A stretch of DNA of 49,145 bases from a bacterium (lineage in GTDB: Bacteria; Methylomirabilota; Methylomirabilia; CAVQYV01): NCBI GenBank assembly GCA_043800755.1, contig JAZDMQ010000021.1, forward strand, positions 1 through 49,145, given 5' to 3'. Below the pieces are notes generated by a model. The model ran no database searches and was not told the DNA's origin. It worked only from the letters and a program-made list of their open reading frames with translations. Positions 36,112 through 44,083 of this stretch are shown here, in pieces. Numbering within the stretch: position 1 is the stretch's first letter; each line of letters begins with the position of its first letter. A program made the translations under genes and the position numbers.

Positions 36112-37509
36112 TCACCCCATGGTGGCCGAGATCTTCTCCGCCTGATCCCTGGCCTTGATCTTCTCCCTTTCCTCCTCCCAGATCGGGTCCGAGATCCGGG
36201 CATAGGCGGAAGAGAACTGGTCGATCTCGCTGGCCAGGTCGCCGAACATCACCTCCGCGCCCTGGTGGGTCGGCCGGGCCTGGTGAAGCTGGATGGCCGA
36301 TCGTGAGACCTCGGGCTTGTCCACCAACATGCAGGGGCGGTAAAGGTTCTCATTATACGGGATCTGTCCCCGGATATAGCGAAAGAAGGGGGAACTCAGG
36401 GCCTCCTTGAGGGATTTGTCCCGGATATTGTCCACCGCATAGTGGCAGAAGACACAGGGCTCGATATCTCCCTGAGAATTGATATGGAAGTATTTCCGGC
36501 CCCCGGCGATGCAGCCTCCCACCACCGCCCCATCCCCCATGAAATCGCCCAACAGGATGGGTTTGGCCTCCCGAAAGTATTTCACCCTCTCCCGCAGCTG
36601 GTTGCGCTGCTCCGGGGTGGGCATGAGATCCATCTTCGGTTCTCGCCCAATGGGCATGTAGATGAAATACCAGCCGAGGCTCACTCCCTTTTCGATGTAA
36701 TGATCCAGGAAACGATCGGAGAGGATCAGGTCGGCATTCTGCCGGGTTAGGGTGGCGGAAAAGGCAAAGAGGATCCCGGCCTCCCGCAGAAGGTCCATGG
36801 CCCGTTCCACCTTGGCATAGTGCCCCGCGCCGCGCCGGGCATCGGTCTCCTCCTCGAATCCCTCGATGCTGATGCAAGGAAGGACATTCCCCAGGCCTGT
36901 TAGGCGTTCCACGGTCTTCTCGTTCAAGAGGCCTCCATGGGTGTAGATCATGAAGGCCACATCATTGTGGGCGGCAAAGAGATCGAACAGGTTCGGGTGC
37001 AGGAACGGCTCTCCCCCTGAGACCACCACGAAATAGATCCCCATCTCCTTGCCTTCCTTGAGGACCCGATCCATTAGCGGATAGGGCAGGTCTTGCTCCC
37101 GGGAATACTCGCCCGAATAACAGCCATAGCAGTGGAGATTGCAGCGCATGGTGGGGGAGAGGACGAAAAGGCCCGGGGGATAAAAGCCACCGGGGGACTC
37201 AGAGAACTCCTTCCTCTTGTTCGTGCCCACCAGCAGCTGATTGATAATGAAACACTCCACCAGCTTGCGGCGATGGAGCGGGTTTGTCTCCTGCATGATC
37301 CTTTTGGCCACCGTCAGGGCTGGATGCTGGCTCTCAAAGAGGGACCGGATGCGCCGTATCTGCCGCCGGTAATAGTCCTTCTGGGCCACCTTTTCCGCCA
37401 AATAGGTCATGCGGATCAGATTCTGATCGGAGCTATTGCCCAGAGCCCCGACCAGGCCGCTGATCACCTGGCTCAGCGTGTAATTACGGATCTGCTGGAG
37501 GTAGTTCAT
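36112..37509 (-). CDS. Radical SAM protein with SPASM/twitch C-terminal domain
   Basis: CNLHCYGC, SGGEP, SIEG, GCIAGG..EPCVFC..RPC. ATG 37509 with GGGGAGG RBS. Confidence 0.92.
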   Translation of the reverse strand: MNYLQQIRNYTLSQVISGLVGALGNSSDQNLIRMTYLAEKVAQKDYYRRQIRRIRSLFESQHPALTVAKRIMQETNPLHRRKLVECFIINQLLVGTNKRKEFSESPGGFYPPGLFVLSPTMRCNLHCYGCYSGEYSREQDLPYPLMDRVLKEGKEMGIYFVVVSGGEPFLHPNLFDLFAAHNDVAFMIYTHGGLLNEKTVERLTGLGNVLPCISIEGFEEETDARRGAGHYAKVERAMDLLREAGILFAFSATLTRQNADLILSDRFLDHYIEKGVSLGWYFIYMPIGREPKMDLMPTPEQRNQLRERVKYFREAKPILLGDFMGDGAVVGGCIAGGRKYFHINSQGDIEPCVFCHYAVDNIRDKSLKEALSSPFFRYIRGQIPYNENLYRPCMLVDKPEVSRSAIQLHQARPTHQGAEVMFGDLASEIDQFSSAYARISDPIWEEEREKIKARDQAEKISATMG

Positions 37510-37598
37510 GGGTCCTCCCCTGAGGGATGAAGAATGCTCCCAATCGCCCGCCGAAAAAACCGTGAACTGATCCATCTGAATAGATCAGAGACCAGATT

Positions 37599-37628
37599 CT
37601 CATAGCACATTCCCTCCCTCTAAGTCAA
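37599..37628 (-). promoter_or_regulatory. Candidate promoter for the radical SAM gene
   Basis: TTGACT-N18-TATGAG with TG extension. Confidence 0.4.
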
Positions 37629-37808
37629 TTGGAAAAAGGGATTGTCCCCTGCCGATTTCCAAGGGGAAAGGCGCCTCAAGAATCGCTACCTCCCCTTTTT
37701 CATCCATGAAAATAAGGGGAAGAGCATTTCATCTAAGCGCGTTAGATGTTTGCTGTCCCCCTCAGACTCATCTATCTCATTTCGGCCTGGAGGCCAAGGG
37801 AGGATTTC

Positions 37809-38375
37809 ATGAAGTCCAAGGCGCTTTTTTCAAGGTGGTTGACCATAGGGGTTGGCATCCTTTTCTTGTCTTCGTTCGTCTCTTATGCCTCGGGAGTCGA
37901 GGAGGCTCCCTCCCCTTCCCAGATCAAGGTAGCGGTGCTGGAGAAGATGTCCCAGGGCCAGTCTGCCCACCGCTTCGGGTATCTCTATCCCAGTCTTACC
38001 GAAAACATCCGGCGGGCGCTTTCCCAGGACGGCCGCTTCGAGCTTATCTCGCAGGAAGAAGTCCATCAGGCATTAGGCAACTTGAGGATCGGAAAGGAGA
38101 AGTTGAATACCGACGGCCTAGAGCAAGTTGCGGAAATCGGAAGGCAGGCAGGGGCCGATCTGGTTCTCATCACCTACTTGTATGAGATGAGCTGCCACGG
38201 CGGGCCCATGCGCTCGCGTAATGTCCTTTCGCTGGTTAGGGTGCAGGATCAGCGGATGGAAACGGTTCAGAAATCCTGCCACCAGGAACTCTCCGCCCAG
38301 GAGCTGGCCTCCAGCGATCAGGTGGCCTTGCAGGAGTTACTAACCAAGGCAAAATGGCTCCTGAAGGGGCGTTGA
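37809..38375 (+). CDS. Hypothetical exported protein
   Basis: GGGAGG RBS, ATG 37809, signal-peptide-like N-terminus. Confidence 0.7.
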   Translation: MKSKALFSRWLTIGVGILFLSSFVSYASGVEEAPSPSQIKVAVLEKMSQGQSAHRFGYLYPSLTENIRRALSQDGRFELISQEEVHQALGNLRIGKEKLNTDGLEQVAEIGRQAGADLVLITYLYEMSCHGGPMRSRNVLSLVRVQDQRMETVQKSCHQELSAQELASSDQVALQELLTKAKWLLKGR

Positions 38376-38500
38376 GGTCCGCCAAATACTTCGGCAGAAT
38401 TACCCGGACGATCAGGCCGTCGGCCATCAGACAGGAGACTTCAGGGGATCATCAGGGTCACGGTACCCGCGGAATAGAGAGACCCTGAGGGACTCAGCAA

Positions 38501-39631
38501 CTAAGCTAAGGTCTTTCTGAATCTCCGCGAAGATAGCCAAAGCGTCAATACGCCCATGACCGCCAGGGAAACGAGCTGCGGCCAGAGTATGTTGGCTCCA
38601 ACCCCCTTCAGAAAGATGCCCCGGATGATCACCAGAAAGTAGCGCATGGGATTGAGGTAGGTGAACCACTGGACGATGACGGGCATATTGGCGATGGGAA
38701 ACATCAAGCCGGAGAGGAGGATGGCGGGCATGAAAAAGAAAAAGGTGGTCATCATGGCCTGTTGCTGAGTGCGACTGACGGTGGAGATCAATAGGCCTAT
38801 CCCTAAGGTGGTCATCAGATAAAGGGAGGTGGCGAAGAAGAGCAAAAACAGATTTCCCCTCACCGGCACCAAGAACCAGAACACGCCTACCACTGTTACC
38901 AGGACCACATCCGCAAAGCCGATAAGGGCAAAGGGGGCCGTCTTTCCCAGGATGAACTCCCATGGGGTGATGGGAGTGACCATGATCTGTTCCATGGTGC
39001 CGATCTCCTTTTCCCTCACAATGGCCATGCTGGTGAGCATGAGGGTGATGAGGGTCACGATGATGGCGATCAGCCCCGGGACATAGAAGTTGCGGCTCTC
39101 CAAGTTCTCGTTGAACCACGCCCGGGCCTGCATCTCTATCCGGCCCAATGGCTGGGCCGCCCCTTTCAACCTGGCCCATTCGACAAGCAAGACCTCTTGA
39201 GAGTATTCCCGTACGATCCGGGAACCGTATTGGAGGACGATTCCTGCGGTGTTGGAATCGGTTCCGTCCACCAGGAGTTGAACTTCGGCAGATTGGCCGG
39301 CCCGTACTCTGCTGCCGAATCCTTTGTCCATCCGCAAAACCGCCTGAGCCTTGCCCCGGTTGATTAACTCTTCCACTTGGTCCTCGCTGCCGATATAGGC
39401 AACGGGCTCGAAATATCCCGATTGAATGAAACGGGAAACCAATTCACGGCTCTCTGTGCTGTTATCGCGATCGAAGATGGCCGTCGCAATGTTCCTGACA
39501 TCAGTGGTCACCGCATAGCTGAAGACGAGCAGTTGAATGACGGGGGCCACGAAGATGACGCCTTTCATCCTGGGATCCCGAAAGACCTGGATGAATTCCT
39601 TGATGAACATATGTTTGATGCGCTCGAACAT
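38501..39631 (-). CDS. ABC-2 transporter permease, YbhR-like
   Basis: REKEIGTMEQ, LSGLMFPIANMP; several TM helices. Confidence 0.92.
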   Translation of the reverse strand: MFERIKHMFIKEFIQVFRDPRMKGVIFVAPVIQLLVFSYAVTTDVRNIATAIFDRDNSTESRELVSRFIQSGYFEPVAYIGSEDQVEELINRGKAQAVLRMDKGFGSRVRAGQSAEVQLLVDGTDSNTAGIVLQYGSRIVREYSQEVLLVEWARLKGAAQPLGRIEMQARAWFNENLESRNFYVPGLIAIIVTLITLMLTSMAIVREKEIGTMEQIMVTPITPWEFILGKTAPFALIGFADVVLVTVVGVFWFLVPVRGNLFLLFFATSLYLMTTLGIGLLISTVSRTQQQAMMTTFFFFMPAILLSGLMFPIANMPVIVQWFTYLNPMRYFLVIIRGIFLKGVGANILWPQLVSLAVMGVLTLWLSSRRFRKTLA

Positions 39632-39633
39632 AT

Positions 39634-40767
39634 CTACGCCAGCTTCTTCTTGAACTTCACATTGGCCAGGGCTACCACTATCGCCGCGAAGATCACCAGA
39701 AGGGCCGCCTCCAAGGCAATGAACTCAAGGCCTAGACCTTTCAGGTAGATGCTCCTAAGCAGCTTCACGAAATACCTGGCGGGAAAGAGGTAGGATATGA
39801 CCTGCAAGGGCTTGGGCATATTGCTGATGGAAAACATCAGTCCCGAAAGCAGGAGGGCCGGCAAATAGGTCACGATCATCGCGGCCTGACTGGAGAGGAG
39901 TTGGCTCCGGGTCAGCACGCTGAACAACATGCCGACGGAGAGCACCCCCACCAGAAAGATAGCGGCCATCGCAAAGACCAACGCACCGTTCCCTCGCAGC
40001 GGGACCTGGAAGAGGTACTTTCCCATGAGGACGGCCAAGAGCACATCGAACATGCCGATGCCAAAGTAAGGCAGGAGTTTTCCCAATATCAGCTCGGGCC
40101 CCTTCACCGGTGTGGAGATGAGCTGTTCCATGGTCCCATTCTCCCACTCGCGCGCTACCGTCAAGGAGGTCAGAAGAGCGGCAATGACATTCATGATCAC
40201 CGCAATGAGCCCAGGGATGATGAAGTTCTTGGATTGCATCTCCGTATTGAACCAGGCGCGGGGCCGGAGATCCACGGGCAGACGGGGGAACTGGCTCCCC
40301 ATACGGCGGACCTTTTCAGCCACGACCTCTTGAGAATAGGTCTGCACCAGCACATCCGCGTACCCGAGGGCGATGGTGGCGGTATTGGAATCGCTACCGT
40401 CCACGATGACCTGGATGGCCGTCGGGCGGCCCGACTCCACGCAATCCGCGAAGTCACGAGGGATCACCAGCGCCACCAGGGCGGCTCCCGAATCGATGGC
40501 CCGCTCCAGTCCTCCATAATCAGAGACCTGCCTTCGCATCGAAAAGTAGCGAGATCCACCAAAGCGACTGACAAGCTCCCGACTGATCTGGGTCTCGCTC
40601 TGATCCCAGACGACCAGAGGAACATTATCCACATCCAGGGTCAATGCATAGCCGAAGAGCAACAATTGCAGCATAGGAATGGCGATGGCCATGGCCAGGC
40701 TCCGAGGATCTCGGAAGATGTGGATGGCCTCCTTGCGAGCCACGGCCCACAGGCGTTTCGCCCTCAT
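39634..40767 (-). CDS. ABC-2 transporter permease, YbhS-like
   Basis: AREWENGTMEQLISTP; several TM helices. Confidence 0.92.
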   Translation of the reverse strand: MRAKRLWAVARKEAIHIFRDPRSLAMAIAIPMLQLLLFGYALTLDVDNVPLVVWDQSETQISRELVSRFGGSRYFSMRRQVSDYGGLERAIDSGAALVALVIPRDFADCVESGRPTAIQVIVDGSDSNTATIALGYADVLVQTYSQEVVAEKVRRMGSQFPRLPVDLRPRAWFNTEMQSKNFIIPGLIAVIMNVIAALLTSLTVAREWENGTMEQLISTPVKGPELILGKLLPYFGIGMFDVLLAVLMGKYLFQVPLRGNGALVFAMAAIFLVGVLSVGMLFSVLTRSQLLSSQAAMIVTYLPALLLSGLMFSISNMPKPLQVISYLFPARYFVKLLRSIYLKGLGLEFIALEAALLVIFAAIVVALANVKFKKKLA

Positions 40768-41747
40768 GCTTTGACCTCCTGCTGTGGTTCTTCCGCTCGG
40801 TCTTTAGCCTCGATGAGGGAGACAAAGACATCCTCCAAGGAAGGAACGATCTTCTCCACCCGCGCAACCTGGTAACCTCGATTGGGGAGCAGGTTTCGAA
40901 TGGTAGCTGCAGCCGACTCCGCATCCTCGGCAACGACATGAAGCCCCTTGCCAAATAGGGCGACCTCTTTGACTCCCTCCATCCTCTCAATCTCTTCCAT
41001 TGCCTCCGGGGGACGATCACACACCACCTCCAGTACCTGCTCCTGCATTAACTTGGTCTTAAGGAGCTGGGGGGTTCCGCTCGCAATCAGCTCTCCGCGG
41101 TAGATGAGGCCCAGGCGATCGCAGTATTCCGCTTCATCCATGTAGTGGGTGGTGACGAAAACGGTCACCCCTTTGCCTGAAAGCTCATAAATCAGGTCCC
41201 AAAACTGGCGACGGCTGATGGGATCGACTCCTGAGGTGGGCTCATCCAGGAAGATGATGGGAGGCTCATGTAGAATGGCACACCCCAAAGCGAGGCGCTG
41301 CTTCCAGCCTCCTGAGAGAATGGCCGTCTTGGCGCTCCGGTGATCCTGGAGGCCCGCCATTTCGATTACCCACTCCTTCCGCTGGTTCTTCTTTTCCTGG
41401 GGGATCCGATAGATGCCGCCGTAGAAATCGATATTTTCCTCTACCGTCAGGTCCTCATAAAGGGAGAACTTCTGGCTCATATATCCAATATGGCTCTTGA
41501 TCGTTTCTGCCTCGGTGCGGATGTCGAGTCCTGACACCGTCCCCGATCCTGCGCTGGGCGAGAGGATGCCACAGAGCATGCGGATGGTGGTGGACTTGCC
41601 TGCACCATTGGGGCCGAGGAAACCGAAGATTTCACCCCTCCTCACCTCGAAGCTGATCCGGTTCACCGCGATGAAGCTGCCGAATCGCTTCTCCAGATCT
41701 TCTACTACCACCGCATTAGCGGGCCCCACGGTGGTCTCCCTCGTCAT
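40764..41747 (-). CDS. ABC transporter ATP-binding protein (YbhF second-half-like)
   Basis: GPNGAGKST, LSGGWKQR, LDEPTSGVDP, TTHYMDEAE. Confidence 0.94.
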   Translation of the reverse strand: MTRETTVGPANAVVVEDLEKRFGSFIAVNRISFEVRRGEIFGFLGPNGAGKSTTIRMLCGILSPSAGSGTVSGLDIRTEAETIKSHIGYMSQKFSLYEDLTVEENIDFYGGIYRIPQEKKNQRKEWVIEMAGLQDHRSAKTAILSGGWKQRLALGCAILHEPPIIFLDEPTSGVDPISRRQFWDLIYELSGKGVTVFVTTHYMDEAEYCDRLGLIYRGELIASGTPQLLKTKLMQEQVLEVVCDRPPEAMEEIERMEGVKEVALFGKGLHVVAEDAESAAATIRNLLPNRGYQVARVEKIVPSLEDVFVSLIEAKDRAEEPQQEVKA

Positions 41748-42667
41748 GCCCCCTCCCGGGAAAGGACCGAAACGAAGACATCCTCAAGGGCCGGCTCGAT
41801 CCCTTGAATGCTATGAACGCCAATTCCGGCTCTTGCGAGGATGATCTCGATCTTTTCGGCGGCTTGCTGCGGACTATGAGTCACCACATGAATGCGGTCT
41901 CCATAAAGCCCCACCGACCTGGCTTCGAGTTGCTCCCTCAAGAGCAGGGCAGCCCGACGGGGCTCGGAGGAGCGGATTTCGAGGATCATACCCTCCATGA
42001 GCCCCTTTACCTCCTCCGGCACCCCCACGGCCAGAAGTCTGCCCTGGTGCATGAGCGCTACCCGGCTGCAGCGCTCCGCTTCGTCCAGGTAGGCGGTGGA
42101 GACAAAAATGGTTACCTTCTCCCAAAGGAGTTGGTAAAGGATGCGCCAGAAGTCACGCCTCGATACAGGATCTACACCATTGGTGGGCTCATCCAGGAAG
42201 AGGACCTTTGGGGTGTGGATCAAAGCGCAGGCGAGGCCCAACTTCTGTTTCATCCCTCCGGAGAGGTTTCCAGCTAAGCGCTTCTGGAAGGGGGTGAGGT
42301 TGCTGAAGGCGAGGAGACGGTCGATCTTCTCTTTCCGACCGGTGTGCGGGACGCCGTAGATATCAGCATAGAAGTCAATGTTCTCCATGACCGTGAGGTC
42401 CGGGTAGAGGCCGAACCTCTGGCTCATGTAGCCGATCTCTTCCTTGATTGCCTCCGACTCCCTTACGATGTGATGGCCGGCCACCCACGCCTCGCCGGAG
42501 GTGGGCTCCATGATGGAGGTCAGAAGGCGCATGGTAGTGGTCTTGCCTGCCCCATCGGGCCCGACTAAACCGAAGATCTCTCCCTCGGCAACCGTGAGCG
42601 TCAGATGATCCACTGCGGGCAAGCCATCAAAGGACTTGGTGAGACCCTCTGTCCGTATGGCCTCCAT
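41744..42667 (-). CDS. ABC transporter ATP-binding protein (YbhF first-half-like)
   Basis: GPDGAGKTT, LSGGMKQK, LDEPTNGVDP, STAYLDEAE. Confidence 0.94.
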   Translation of the reverse strand: MEAIRTEGLTKSFDGLPAVDHLTLTVAEGEIFGLVGPDGAGKTTTMRLLTSIMEPTSGEAWVAGHHIVRESEAIKEEIGYMSQRFGLYPDLTVMENIDFYADIYGVPHTGRKEKIDRLLAFSNLTPFQKRLAGNLSGGMKQKLGLACALIHTPKVLFLDEPTNGVDPVSRRDFWRILYQLLWEKVTIFVSTAYLDEAERCSRVALMHQGRLLAVGVPEEVKGLMEGMILEIRSSEPRRAALLLREQLEARSVGLYGDRIHVVTHSPQQAAEKIEIILARAGIGVHSIQGIEPALEDVFVSVLSREGA

Positions 42668-42699
42668 CCTCTCGCCTCTCGCCTCTCGCCTCTCGCCTC
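42668..42699. repeat. Heptamer tandem repeat (CCTCTCG)x4.6
   Basis: Four exact copies at 42668-42695 plus a partial copy; fills the whole intergenic gap. Confidence 0.95.
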
Positions 42700-43855
42700 A
42701 CTTGGCGGGGCCTACCAGGATCTCTGCGTCCGCAGGCATGCCCGGCTTCAACTCCATATGGGGATTCTTTACATCTATCTTTACCCGATAGACCAGCTTG
42801 ACCCGTTCCTTCTCCGTCTGGACATTCTTGGGGGTGAATTCGGCCTGCGAGGCAATGAAGGAGATCTGTCCCTCATACACCTTGCCCCGGTAGGTATCAG
42901 TGGTTACACGCACCCTTTGGCCCACCTTCACCCGCCCCAAATCAGTCTCATTGATGTAGGCTCGCAGCCATACGTTTTCCAGGTCACCGACGGTGATGAC
43001 CGGCGTTCCGGGAGAGACATACTCCCCTGTCTCGATGTTTTCCGAAAGGACAATCCCAGAGAGCGGCGATACCAATGTGGCGTAGCCTAAACGCGTCTCT
43101 GTCAGGGCCAGAGCCTCGATGGCTTGCTGGAAGCGAGCGCGGGCCTGCTCGATCGTCTCCTTGCGGGGGCCCTTTCTTACCAGGACAAACCGTTCATTGG
43201 CTTCCCTCAAGGCGGCTCGGGCCTGCTCGATCTCTTCCTCGCGAGGACCTTCCTTGACCAGCTTCAGGTTCTCTTCCGCCTCTTTCTGCCTTGCCATAGC
43301 CACCTCATGATTCGTCCGAGCCACATCATATTCTTGATCGGACACGAAGCCTTCCCCAAAGAGCCTTCTCTGCCGCTCCTCCTCCAGTTTCAGGCGATCC
43401 GTTTCGGCTCTCGCTCTCCGCACCACCGCTTCGGCCGTCGCAATCTCCTGGGATCTCGCTCCGGCCAGCAATTCCTCGAGCCGGGCCTGCGCCCTGCGAA
43501 CAGAAGCCTCGGCCTGCCCGATTTCCTCGGGTCGGGATCCGGCTTCCAATTCAGCGAGGGCGGCCTGTGCCGCCTGGACTTCCGCTCGGCGAAGGGCAAC
43601 CTCCTGGGCAAGTTCCGTGCTATCCAAGCGGGCCACGATCTGGCCGGCCCTGACCACCTCACCCTCCGAGACCAGGCGCTCCTGTACGCGGCCTGGGATC
43701 CTGAAGCTCACCTCCGCATCAGTGACCTCAATGTTCCCTGAGACCCGGATGATATTAGGATTGTTATTCGCTCTGTTCTGGAAGTACTTATAGGTCAAGA
43801 TTACGGCAACTGCGATCACCGGAAGCAAAAGGAATAGCCTCTTCTTATTCTTCAT
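42698..43855 (-). CDS. HlyD/YbhG-type periplasmic adaptor
   Basis: N-terminal TM, SGNIE, long coiled coil, AEFTPKNVQT, LKPGMPAD. Confidence 0.92.
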   Translation of the reverse strand: MKNKKRLFLLLPVIAVAVILTYKYFQNRANNNPNIIRVSGNIEVTDAEVSFRIPGRVQERLVSEGEVVRAGQIVARLDSTELAQEVALRRAEVQAAQAALAELEAGSRPEEIGQAEASVRRAQARLEELLAGARSQEIATAEAVVRRARAETDRLKLEEERQRRLFGEGFVSDQEYDVARTNHEVAMARQKEAEENLKLVKEGPREEEIEQARAALREANERFVLVRKGPRKETIEQARARFQQAIEALALTETRLGYATLVSPLSGIVLSENIETGEYVSPGTPVITVGDLENVWLRAYINETDLGRVKVGQRVRVTTDTYRGKVYEGQISFIASQAEFTPKNVQTEKERVKLVYRVKIDVKNPHMELKPGMPADAEILVGPAK

Positions 43856-44083
43856 ATGAGCCTACCCCACCTATCTCCAGACCGGAGGATCCCCTACGGG
43901 TCACAGACCTCCGATAGGTAATCCCCATGCCTCGCCATCCTGCGATCATGGTTCATGCAACCGCTCCCTGTTAGCTTCGTCCGTACTATAAGAGTAAGGC
44001 TTCCATCTGATACTGTTTGTTATTGCCTTACGAATGATTCATGAGTAAAATCAAATACTTTCACCATAACACTCTTCTTCCGT

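Noticed and set aside
36112-37509. RiPP maturase with the Cys-rich 82-aa protein as precursor
   Set aside because: The peptide is 32 kb away in a separate mobile-derived region; no RRE, protease or adjacent precursor is seen.
38501-43855. ABC exporter as a dedicated part of the lipid cluster
   Set aside because: Widespread YbhGFSR-type system separated by a convergent gene; nothing in the sequence links it to the cluster.
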